Part shown: in pieces, positions 8,639-17,487 of the stretch | Layout: each line of letters opens with the position of its first letter | Numbering within the stretch: position 1 is the stretch's first letter | NCBI GenBank assembly: GCA_018238155.1 | Contig: JABCTZ010000042.1 | Coordinates: 1 to 26,462, forward strand | Reading direction: 5' to 3' | Origin: Candidatus Heimdallarchaeota archaeon | GTDB lineage: Archaea > Asgardarchaeota > Heimdallarchaeia > JABLTI01 | DNA length: 26,462 bases | Notes under the pieces: generated by a model | What the model was told of the DNA's origin: nothing | The model's database searches: none | What the model saw: the letters and a program-made list of their open reading frames with translations, nothing else | Made by a program: the position numbers and the translations under genes

Positions 8639-9573
8639 CTTAAATCGCTGTGATTGATATAGTAATTTCTTATATTTGTATATAAAGAATCAAATGCATT
8701 AGCAATAATTAAATGAGATTTAGCGGTTCTATAATCGATATTTTTTTTGTATTTCTCTAATAATATTTTTAATAAATCTAATTCAAATTTAGCAATTTGA
8801 TTTTTTCTGTATGAAATAATTTCTGGAAAGCAAAACCAAGTACAAGAATCATAATACGATAATAAGTAACTATGATAAACCATATTATCAGTAATTTTTT
8901 TGATTTCAAGAATTCGGATTTTCTTTTTTTCACCAACATCTCTTTCAGAAATGCCCATAACCAAATTTAAGATATTATCATATGCCTTAATAAAATTAAA
9001 TGGTGCACATCCCAATAATAAATCTCCTTCATATATTTCTGGAGAAATAATAAACTTATTTTTTATTAAAATCTCTATTTCAATAATAAGTTCTTTCCTT
9101 TTACTCTCCTCTCTATGAAAAACCTCATCAAGAACGTTATTTGAATTCTTTAGAAAATCATCTTTACAATTACTTAAACCCATTTTTGTATAAATAGTTA
9201 CTATATCATTAACGTATTTAATCAGAATATTTCTTGATACAGAATGAAATTTCGGTGAGTGGTATAATCTATTCCGAATTTCATGATATTCCAGCAATTT
9301 ATCAAACATATTCTTTATTTTTTTAAATTGTTTCTGTTTCTTACACATTTTGATTATATTTTCAAAGGATCTATTCTTTACAGGAATTCCAATAATAGTT
9401 TCCAAATAACTACGTAGTGTTCTTTCAACAACATTATCCAGTAATACAAAACTTTGCCGCAATGATGTATCATCGTTATTTTCTGCTAAAATAATGATAT
9501 TTCCTATAGATTTGTATAAATCCTCTATCCATAACCTATCTTGGTTTTTTTTAATTACCATTGCAATCCCCAA
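8635..9573 (-). CDS. HEPN-domain protein (putative RNase effector) with an unknown C-terminal domain
   Basis: SFVLLDNVVERTL helix and the HEPN R-x4-H motif EIRNRLYH. The start may be the ATG at 9561. Confidence 0.7.
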   Translation of the reverse strand: MGIAMVIKKNQDRLWIEDLYKSIGNIIILAENNDDTSLRQSFVLLDNVVERTLRSYLETIIGIPVKNRSFENIIKMCKKQKQFKKIKNMFDKLLEYHEIRNRLYHSPKFHSVSRNILIKYVNDIVTIYTKMGLSNCKDDFLKNSNNVLDEVFHREESKRKELIIEIEILIKNKFIISPEIYEGDLLLGCAPFNFIKAYDNILNLVMGISERDVGEKKKIRILEIKKITDNMVYHSYLLSYYDSCTWFCFPEIISYRKNQIAKFELDLLKILLEKYKKNIDYRTAKSHLIIANAFDSLYTNIRNYYINHSDLS

Positions 9574-9583
9574 TTTATTTTAT

Positions 9584-10171
9584 TTATATTTGCCAATTGC
9601 TAATAAGTGAATCAAAATTATAACCAACCCAAATTAGTACCAATATTGTGAAAACACCATATACAATAATCAAAGTTACGGGTATCCAAATTTCACCAAA
9701 AGTGATTTCTATATATTTCTTATCAATAATTTTTCTATTTCTTTTCCTGAATTTCTTCAATTTTATAATTCTTTTCTTGGGTTTCTTCGGTTTTTTATTC
9801 TTTTTCATTAATGCCCATTCTATTGTATATCCTTTTGCTGGTAATCTTTTTTCAATTTCATTAATAACTTGAAATTTGCTATCATTTAGTTTTTTATATT
9901 TTTTAATAAGTCGCTGCCAGCTTAAATCAAAAATGATACCAATAATAAGAACAATAAAAGTCCAGTGAATTAAATTTGATTCAACTAATAATCCAATAGC
10001 AACTAGAAATAAACTATTTGCAGTAAGAAAGAAGTTATTCATTGTGGCTCTTCTTGAACTAATTCTATCAGCCATCTCAATAAACAATTTATACTGTTTA
10101 AAAAGAGTATCTTTATCGTTCATTTCATCTTTATTAAAAAGATTGTTTATTGGTGAATCTTTGTTAGACAA
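9584..10171 (-). CDS. RipA/Rip1-like multi-pass membrane protein (putative pore-forming effector)
   Basis: QYKLFIEMADRISSRRATMNNFFLTAN, two TM helices, W..LIKKYKKLN.SKF.VI.EIEKRLP...EW, and a third TM at the C-terminus. Confidence 0.75.
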   Translation of the reverse strand: MSNKDSPINNLFNKDEMNDKDTLFKQYKLFIEMADRISSRRATMNNFFLTANSLFLVAIGLLVESNLIHWTFIVLIIGIIFDLSWQRLIKKYKKLNDSKFQVINEIEKRLPAKGYTIEWALMKKNKKPKKPKKRIIKLKKFRKRNRKIIDKKYIEITFGEIWIPVTLIIVYGVFTILVLIWVGYNFDSLISNWQI

Positions 10172-10591
10172 TAGAAACCTACCTCATCTTCAATTAAATG
10201 TATTACTTTGTTTAAATTTATATTTTTTGTTTTTACTGATTGACCTAAAATTAGAAAATTAGATTATCCTTTTAAAGTTAATGTTTTTGTAGTTTTCCAT
10301 TCAGCAATATCAGTATATTCAAGTTCTTTACATTCTAAAGTAATAAAGTCTTCATCTATTCTACGTTTGAATCTATTAATCAAGAACAATTACAAATTTT
10401 GTTGAACGAACACCTAGGTATAGATTGGTCAAATAATATCGATTATTTTGTAACATCAAGTATAAGAAGAAATAGCTCAAACTTGATTGAAATATAGTAA
10501 CTATAAAAAGGTAAATCAAAATAAAAGAGAAAAATAATTGTCAAGGCTTCATCGTGGTACTTTTGGTGGGATTAAACAGGTTACAATTAAA

Positions 10592-10806
10592 TACTTCTTC
10601 AAGTTAAATATAAAATAAGATTGACCCTTTTTCGTTCAAATAACCCTAGTCTCACCTGAGGTTATAGGGATAAATAAAAGAAAATAAAAAATAACTGATA
10701 ATTATTTTGTAGAATCTACGACCCTCGCATCTTCTGTAAGGTCTAAAGTCCATTTCGGAAATGACACGCTTTGGCAGCAGTTTTCTCCAAATTATTATTT
10801 CTTTAC
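10592..10806 (+). repeat. Island repeat, full copy B
   Basis: tacttcttcaagttaa...ttcaaataaccctagtctcacctgaggttataggg...gtagaatctacgaccctcgcatcttc...gtccatttcggaaatgacacgctttgg...ttatttctttac. Confidence 0.95.
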
Positions 10807-11276
10807 CACCATTTAAACCCATGTAAATCATCATGTTCTTTTTTAGACATAACTTCCAAGTTATCAGGTTCGTTGTTAAGTTTGTCACCATCGATATGAT
10901 GAACAACTTCACCACGACGAAGTTTTCTACCAACAACATAGTTTTCAGCAACCCAACGATGAACATATTCTCCTGAATCGCTAAACCGCATATATCCTCT
11001 ACTATCTTCATAGGTCTCAGATTCATCAACATCTCTTGGGGAGTAAGAGTCACAATTACAAATTCTACCAAACTTGAAAAGGATAATACCTAAGACTACA
11101 ATAACTCCAATTGCTATAAACCATCCATTGTGAAATAAAATACCAATAATAAATAAAATTACTCCTAAAAGAAAGAATGTACCTGTACAACCTAAAACTG
11201 AAATACAAGAACTTTTTTCCTCAATCTCCTCATCTTCTTCTTCATCATCTCCAAAACAACAATTGAATAGTCCCAT
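10803..11276 (-). CDS. Membrane-anchored HNH endonuclease
   Basis: Two TM helices followed by YVHRWVAE...EVVHHIDGDKLNNEPDNLEVM...EH (HNH motif). The stop codon lies in the end of repeat B. Confidence 0.85.
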   Translation of the reverse strand: MGLFNCCFGDDEEEDEEIEEKSSCISVLGCTGTFFLLGVILFIIGILFHNGWFIAIGVIVVLGIILFKFGRICNCDSYSPRDVDESETYEDSRGYMRFSDSGEYVHRWVAENYVVGRKLRRGEVVHHIDGDKLNNEPDNLEVMSKKEHDDLHGFKWW

Positions 11277-11348
11277 TAAATCCCTTCACTATAACCATTA
11301 AAAGTAAACACTAATCTTTATTAGTTTTACGATTCTCAAATTAGACTT

Positions 11349-11374
11349 GTATACTAATCATAATTTTAGTATAC
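11349..11374. promoter_or_regulatory. Inverted repeat GTATACTAA-N8-TTAGTATAC; candidate operator or recombination site
   Basis: Perfect 9-bp arms in the divergent region between the HNH and REase genes. Confidence 0.4.
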
Positions 11375-11523
11375 TGAAAAAAAATAAAATGGAAAATTCA
11401 GAGCCATTACACCCACATCCTCTCTGAAAGTAATGATTCTTGGAATCAATAAACAGAAATATTATAAAACTAGAAAATTGATTAGAATTAGAGCAAAAAA
11501 CAATTCATATAATTGGTGATTCA

Positions 11524-12606
11524 ATGAAGGGAAATATTGGAGAATGGAGTGAAATATATACATTCATGAAATTACTCGCAGATGGAAAACTATATGCAGC
11601 AGATGCTAATCTTGAAAAAATTGAATCGATTTTTTATCCGATTTTAAAAATTATTCGTGAAGAAAACAATGTAAAACTTATCTATGTTCGAAACTCAATG
11701 ATTAGAATAGCAGAAGAAGATGAAATAATTACTCTTAAAGAAGAGAAAGTAGAGAATTTCCAAAAAACAGCTAGACAATTACTAAGTTATCTAAAGGAGT
11801 CAAAAGGCAGGTCATTTGAATTTCCTGACATTGAACTTTTTCTGAATTCTATAATGTGTAAAGATTTGAAATCTAAATCAAATAACAAAAAGGATATTAC
11901 AATCGTAATCCATGATCCAAATACTGGTTTTGAACCAACACTGGGTTTTAGTATAAAAAGTCAACTGGGTTCACCTTCTACCTTATTAAATCCTGGAAAA
12001 CCAACGAATTTTCTATTCAAGATAAACAATTTAACACTTACAGATGAACAAGTACAAGAGATTAATAATATATCAACAAAAAGTAAAATCAAAGATAGAG
12101 TTAACAAAATTTTTTCTCTAGGAGGCAGACTTGAATTTTCGGGAATTGAAAATCCAACATTTAAATCCAATCTCCAATTAATTGATTCAAATTTACCATT
12201 CATATTAAGTGAATTGTTAACACTATTTTTTAGAGGGGAAGGAAGGACTTTACTTGAATTAATCCAAAAGATAATAGACGATAATCCATGCGATTTTGTA
12301 AATCCCAATGAACAACCATTTTACGAATATAAAATTAAGAAACTCCTACTTGATATAGCGTTAGGTATGACACCTACAAAAACTTGGACAGGAATATATG
12401 ATGCAACAGGAGGATACATCATTGTTAAAAAAAGTGGTGAGATTTTATCGTATCATATTTACAATTTAAATGAGTTTCAAAATTATTTACTAAATAATAC
12501 TAAGTTGGATTCACCTAGCTCAACACGCTATGAGTATGGAAAAATATACAAAGATACTGATGAGTTATATTTTAAATTGAACTTGCAAATTAGATTTATA
12601 AGTTAA
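11524..12606 (+). CDS. HpaII-family type II restriction endonuclease
   Basis: GNIGEWSEIY, KKDITI, GFSIKSQLGSPSTLLN, C-terminal KLNLQIRF; adjacent to a C5 MTase. Confidence 0.88.
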   Translation: MKGNIGEWSEIYTFMKLLADGKLYAADANLEKIESIFYPILKIIREENNVKLIYVRNSMIRIAEEDEIITLKEEKVENFQKTARQLLSYLKESKGRSFEFPDIELFLNSIMCKDLKSKSNNKKDITIVIHDPNTGFEPTLGFSIKSQLGSPSTLLNPGKPTNFLFKINNLTLTDEQVQEINNISTKSKIKDRVNKIFSLGGRLEFSGIENPTFKSNLQLIDSNLPFILSELLTLFFRGEGRTLLELIQKIIDDNPCDFVNPNEQPFYEYKIKKLLLDIALGMTPTKTWTGIYDATGGYIIVKKSGEILSYHIYNLNEFQNYLLNNTKLDSPSSTRYEYGKIYKDTDELYFKLNLQIRFIS

Positions 12607-12684
12607 TAAAGGAATGATTCCCATATTACTTAGTGGCACTTATAAATTGAAATTTGAACATAAATAATAGATTGGAGCAATAAA

Positions 12685-13998
12685 ATGGATGGAATTTTCA
12701 GAGCTATTGACCTATTTGCTGGCATAGGTGGCATTCGTTTAGGGTTTAAAGAAGCCTTTAATGATGAAATAGAATTTGTCTTTTCAAATGAAATTGATCC
12801 CTATTGTTGTCAAACGTATAAAGCAAATTTTGGCGATGATCCCTTAGGAGATATTACTAAAATAAACCCTAATAGTATTCCTGATTTTGATATTCTATTA
12901 GCAGGTTTTCCATGCCAAGCCTTTTCAATTGCCGGACGGAAAGAAGGATTTGACGACACTCGAGGAACGTTATTTTATAATATAGCTAAAATTCTAGATG
13001 CCAAAAAACCAATGGCTTTTCTTTTAGAAAATGTACCTCACTTAATGAATCATGACAAAGGTAGAACATTTCAAATAATTCGAGATATATTGGAAGAAGA
13101 TCTAAATTATAATATTCATTATATAATTTTAAATGCAAAAAATTTTGGTTTGCCCCAAAACCGGCCTAGAATTTTTATCGTAGGTTTCAAGCAGAACCTA
13201 CGTTTTACATTTCCTAAACCAACAAACGAAGTGATTAAATTAGAAGAAATCCTTGAAGATAAAGTTGATGAGTCCTATTATCTTTCACAACAATATTTGA
13301 ATGGTTTGAAAAAGCACAGAGCAAGACATGAAGCAAAAGGTAATGGATTTGGTTATGTAGTTGTCTCTAGAAATGGCATAGCAAATGCTATCGTTTTAGG
13401 TGGTATGGGTAAAGAGAGGAACTTGGTGAAGGATAAAATATTAACAAACTGTTGGAAGAGAGAAGGAGATAATATTCAACTTCGAAATAACGAAGGCATA
13501 AGAAAAATGACGGAAAGAGAATGGGCTAGATTACAGGGATTCCCTGAAACATTTACTTTCCCTGTAGCAAAAACACGAATTTATAGACAACTAGCTAATT
13601 CGGTTTCTGTTCCAGTTATAAGTGCAATAGCTAAGGAAATACTGAAAAGTTTAACTGAAAATATAATAGAAAAAAAACCAATCTTAAATACAAATGAAAA
13701 ACATGCAATTGATTTATTATTAACAATGTTTAGAAGAAAGAAATTTACTCATTCGGGAAAAAAAATGAAGAGTTCAATATATAGCATTATCAAAAATTAT
13801 GCATTAAGAATTGATGATATCGATGAAATTTTGAACATATTATTTAAATTGAAATTAATTGAAAGACTTGAAAAAGACAAGTTATATTTCAACAAGAAAT
13901 TGTTAAGCATAAATACTGAGACAGAATTTAAAAAATTAATTTATGACAGTTTTTTTGATGGAAAACCAATTTCAACGACAATTGAACAATATATCTAA
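12685..13998 (+). CDS. dcm: DNA (cytosine-5) methyltransferase, M.HpaII-like, with a ~110-aa C-terminal extension
   Basis: Motifs DLFAGIGG, AGFPCQAFS, LENV, PQNRPRIF, ARLQGFP, QLANSV; TRD segment RHEAKGNGFGY resembles M.HpaII. Confidence 0.95.
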   Translation: MDGIFRAIDLFAGIGGIRLGFKEAFNDEIEFVFSNEIDPYCCQTYKANFGDDPLGDITKINPNSIPDFDILLAGFPCQAFSIAGRKEGFDDTRGTLFYNIAKILDAKKPMAFLLENVPHLMNHDKGRTFQIIRDILEEDLNYNIHYIILNAKNFGLPQNRPRIFIVGFKQNLRFTFPKPTNEVIKLEEILEDKVDESYYLSQQYLNGLKKHRARHEAKGNGFGYVVVSRNGIANAIVLGGMGKERNLVKDKILTNCWKREGDNIQLRNNEGIRKMTEREWARLQGFPETFTFPVAKTRIYRQLANSVSVPVISAIAKEILKSLTENIIEKKPILNTNEKHAIDLLLTMFRRKKFTHSGKKMKSSIYSIIKNYALRIDDIDEILNILFKLKLIERLEKDKLYFNKKLLSINTETEFKKLIYDSFFDGKPISTTIEQYI

Positions 13999-14024
13999 AA
14001 TATAAAGTAAATTGATAATTCAAC

Positions 14025-14426
14025 TCATTTTAAATAGTGCTCAATATCAAGTACGATTTGATCTAAATTATCTTTTATTTCATGACCCCAAAATCTCAAT
14101 ACAATCCATCCTTTTTCTTTTAGAATAAGATTCACTTTAGTGGCTCTAGTTTTATTGGATTCGAATTTATTTAGCCAAAAATCCTTATTTGAATCTGGAA
14201 TCTTTTTGCAAATCGGACATCCATGCCAATAACAACCATCACAAAAAATAGCTATTTTTTGCTTGACAAAAACTATATCAGGCTTACCTTCAATTTTGTA
14301 TTGAACTCTAAAGCGATGACCTCGTATCCATAGAGCTGATCTTAAGGTCTTTTCTATACCGGTATCACGAGTTTTTATTTTACTCATTAATTTACTTCTT
14401 TGTTCAGGAGTGAATATATCTACCAT
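14025..14426 (-). CDS. vsr: Very short patch repair endonuclease
   Basis: MVDIFTPEQRSKLMSKIK, PDIVF, IFCDGCYWHGC, WIVLRFWGHE. The likely start is the ATG at 14426 rather than 14456. Confidence 0.93.
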   Translation of the reverse strand: MVDIFTPEQRSKLMSKIKTRDTGIEKTLRSALWIRGHRFRVQYKIEGKPDIVFVKQKIAIFCDGCYWHGCPICKKIPDSNKDFWLNKFESNKTRATKVNLILKEKGWIVLRFWGHEIKDNLDQIVLDIEHYLK

Positions 14427-14537
14427 TTTGACTCTAGACTCACTATAACTAAACAATTAATAATTTGAAAGTTTTATGTAACAAAGTATCCAAATTTCAC
14501 ATTCAATCTGTATATTTAGTTAGCAGAAGTGTATTAA

Positions 14538-15710
14538 TTGAGAGAGAATAATAGAAAAAATGTTGAAATAAATGAGTCGATGTTAGGATTTTGGGCAAAC
14601 TTCACATTTGACAAAATGCTAAGTCTAATTGATGAATATCACATTGAGGCAAAGGAAATATTAACAGCAACAAATTTCTGGAATGAAATAAAAAATAAAC
14701 CAGTTACAGGTAAATCTATTGCGGGTATTAGAGAAATTAACAATAAAGATGGGGGTATCTTTAAGGAAGTAAGTATGTCTGAGATTTTTTATAAGGCAAT
14801 TAATAAAGATACAGTACATTTTCTCCCGATATTTTATTTATTGGAATCAATAAATGAAATTAGCAAAAGAGAGAGGAATATTTCTATAAAAGATATTAGT
14901 GGTATTTTGGGTAGATTCTACAGAAGCTATGCTTCTTTATTAAGAGATTTTGATGCAAATAATAAAATGAATATCTATATACGAAAGAATAATACCAATA
15001 TCAATTTTCAGTTATTTCATGATCCCGAATTTGATATAAAACTTCATACAGACATAGGATTAGAGTTATCAAATAATGAAAGGAAAATAAGGATAGCTAT
15101 TTGGTTATATTTGAATACATCAGCAGGTGCAATAAAAACAAAAGTAAAGATAACTGAATCAATGAAGGGTAAATTACCTTTTGGTATTCATCTATTTGCA
15201 CCTATTAATATGAAAAAAAACCTAAGAAACGAGATGATTAAAGATTGGATATTATATTCTGAATATTATATTGAGGAAATTGTTCAAAAGTGTATCGAGT
15301 TATTCAATGGGATAGTACAACCTGATTTAAACTTAGTAGAATTGAAGAAGAAGATAGAAGATAATAATCAATATCAAATTAAACCAATACTTGTGGTAAT
15401 AAAAATATTGGATATAAGTGTAATAGAAGTCGAATTAAAAAAGTTATTACAAATTAAAACAAGAATTACAATAAGAGATATAGCTAAGATCTTGATTACA
15501 TCAGAGAATGATGTTAGGAATATCTTAAAGCGATTAAAAACTAACATACATTCCCATATTATGGAAGAAAGAGATGAAGATACAATTAATATTATTGATG
15601 AGGAAGTTTTCATTCATGAATTTGCCAATTTAATTAGGATTTTTTATAATGATTATAACTATATGACTAATGATAAAAAACCAATGATTCTCTATGAGAA
15701 ATCTCAATAG
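14538..15710 (+). CDS. Putative TaqI-like restriction endonuclease with a C-terminal helix-turn-helix/winged-helix
   Basis: GRFYRSYASLLRD and DPEFDIKLHTDI resemble TaqI-family motifs; ITIRDIAKILITSENDVRNIL is HTH-like. Confidence 0.5.
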   Translation: MRENNRKNVEINESMLGFWANFTFDKMLSLIDEYHIEAKEILTATNFWNEIKNKPVTGKSIAGIREINNKDGGIFKEVSMSEIFYKAINKDTVHFLPIFYLLESINEISKRERNISIKDISGILGRFYRSYASLLRDFDANNKMNIYIRKNNTNINFQLFHDPEFDIKLHTDIGLELSNNERKIRIAIWLYLNTSAGAIKTKVKITESMKGKLPFGIHLFAPINMKKNLRNEMIKDWILYSEYYIEEIVQKCIELFNGIVQPDLNLVELKKKIEDNNQYQIKPILVVIKILDISVIEVELKKLLQIKTRITIRDIAKILITSENDVRNILKRLKTNIHSHIMEERDEDTINIIDEEVFIHEFANLIRIFYNDYNYMTNDKKPMILYEKSQ

Positions 15711-15717
15711 ACAATAA

Positions 15718-15922
15718 TTAATTCTTCAGGTTAACAAAAAACAAGTAGATCCTTTTTTCATTCAAATAACCCTAGTCTCACCTGAGATTGTAGGAGGTAT
15801 TAAAAGAAAAAATAACTGATTATGTAGAATCTACAGCCCTCGCTTCTTCTTGAAGGTCTAGAAGACCATTTCGGTAATGACACACTTAGGTGGTAGTTTT
15901 CTCAGAGTAATTATTTCTTTAC
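15718..15922 (+). repeat. Island repeat, full copy C
   Basis: ttcttcaggttaac...gtagatccttttttcattcaaataaccctagtctcacctgagattgtagg...gtagaatctacagccctcgcttcttcttgaaggtctagaagaccatttcggtaatgacacacttaggtgg...ttatttctttac. Confidence 0.95.
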
Positions 15923-16046
15923 AATAGTAGTCTCATTTTTTTGTTGATAAAAAGTTGTAAATTTCCAATGAGACCCTAGAGTTTAGCTAAAAGCCGTATA
16001 TCAATAGTAATCTTAATTAGATGTGTTTTAATTTAATTAGATAAGG

Positions 16047-17471
16047 TTGGATAATTTGAGCTATAGAGATAATAGCCTACCTGAATGGCAAGTTGAGTTA
16101 GCAATTTTAGATAATCTTACCATATTAAATCATCCAAATTTACCAATAAATTATGATAGAATCGAGAATCAATATTATTTAAAAAGCAAAGGTAGATATA
16201 TTGATATTTTACTGAGAAAAAAAAATCACTTCTACATTGTTGAACTTAAAGGAGTACATATCGATCAAGAATCAATTATTACTGATCAATTATTGGATTA
16301 TAAAGAGGGAATACAGAGAGAAAAAAACGTGTCAAGTGCAAATATTACTTGTATATTAGCTTCTCCTTATGGTTTTTCTAACAATGTAGTAAAACTAGCA
16401 GAGAAAGAGGCAATTATTTTAATTGAACTTAATGAACGAATGATATATAAATTGCTGCCAAAAAAAACAGAGAATTTAAACTATTACATAGAAAAAAGGA
16501 TTATTCAACGAAGATTAGATATAACAGACAATAAAACTATTAATGAAATAATTTCAGGAAAAAATCAAAACTATAATTCAATAATTAGTAGTACAAAAAA
16601 TTGGTTGAAAAATAGAATTCATGATGATAAAGATAAAGTAGCTATTTCTATACGAATGAAAAAAATAAGTGAATATGCACCAATTATGGCTCATGACATT
16701 AATGAAATTACTGATTTCAATTTGAATGATGATAATGAAAAATGGTGGTGGCTTGTATATAGTATTTTAGATAAAAGAGGAAATGCATCATCTTTTTATC
16801 ATGTAAAGGAACATCTTTTACGAAAGAATCTTTTTTATCCTGAAGATATAATACAGCATATCAATAGTGAATCTGACACATATACTTTGGAATTATTATC
16901 TACATACATTTCCGAATCAGGTATTTCTACAAGACAAAATATTAGATCTTTAGCTGAAGGGATATTTATGGCAGCAAAAAAAATAGAAAAATATAATTTT
17001 AATTTTTCTAATATTTTTAATGAGTGCAAAAAACAATCAATAAATAAAAGTGATTTATTTGACAAAATTTGGGATTTTTTTATAGAAATATATGGTGTTG
17101 GTCCTAGAATTTGTAGTCAGATAGTTAGAGGATTAATTTTAAAGGGTGGTTGGGATTTAGAAAAAAGTAGTCATAGATTATTAGAAGAACAAAAACATAA
17201 TATCTTCATTGCAAAACAATGTCTAAGTTTGATAGATGATAAAGGGAAATTTAAGCAAGAATTGTTAGAGTTCTCAATGAAATATCTTGATGGAAATAAT
17301 GCTATTTTATCACACATTCTATGGTATATTCGTAAAAAGTATATGTGTACTAGTAAAAAACCATTGTGTGAACATTGTCCAATGTCTGGTTATTGTAATG
17401 TATATCTAAATAATGTTCTTAAATTTGATAAATTAACAGGACAAGTGAAAATTACAGACTTTTTTAATTAG
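16047..17471 (+). CDS. Fusion of a NucS/EndoMS-like PD-(D/E)xK nuclease and an HhH-GPD/EndoIII-like [4Fe-4S] domain, with a C-terminal PIP-box
   Basis: RYIDILL...IVELK...QLLDY; HhH IYGVGPRI; C-x6-C-x2-C-x5-C (CTSKKPLCEHCPMSGYC); ends QVKITDFFN. Confidence 0.8.
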   Translation: MDNLSYRDNSLPEWQVELAILDNLTILNHPNLPINYDRIENQYYLKSKGRYIDILLRKKNHFYIVELKGVHIDQESIITDQLLDYKEGIQREKNVSSANITCILASPYGFSNNVVKLAEKEAIILIELNERMIYKLLPKKTENLNYYIEKRIIQRRLDITDNKTINEIISGKNQNYNSIISSTKNWLKNRIHDDKDKVAISIRMKKISEYAPIMAHDINEITDFNLNDDNEKWWWLVYSILDKRGNASSFYHVKEHLLRKNLFYPEDIIQHINSESDTYTLELLSTYISESGISTRQNIRSLAEGIFMAAKKIEKYNFNFSNIFNECKKQSINKSDLFDKIWDFFIEIYGVGPRICSQIVRGLILKGGWDLEKSSHRLLEEQKHNIFIAKQCLSLIDDKGKFKQELLEFSMKYLDGNNAILSHILWYIRKKYMCTSKKPLCEHCPMSGYCNVYLNNVLKFDKLTGQVKITDFFN

Positions 17472-17487
17472 ATATAAATAATAATTT

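Noticed and set aside
10264-10500. Short minus-strand frames (~40 aa) upstream of the RipA-like gene
   Set aside because: No recognisable motif or convincing start; cannot support a gene or pseudogene call.
10652-11071. 139-aa minus ORF
   Set aside because: Alternative frame overlapping the HNH gene and running through non-coding repeat B; no motifs.
11524-13998. CCGG avoidance as support for HpaII specificity
   Set aside because: Several CCGG sites occur in the window (e.g. ~5970, ~12932, ~13161, ~14359, ~22249), so there is no visible avoidance.
15930-15974. 8-bp inverted repeat GTCTCATT...AATGAGAC next to copy C
   Set aside because: Not present after the other repeat copies; too short to interpret.
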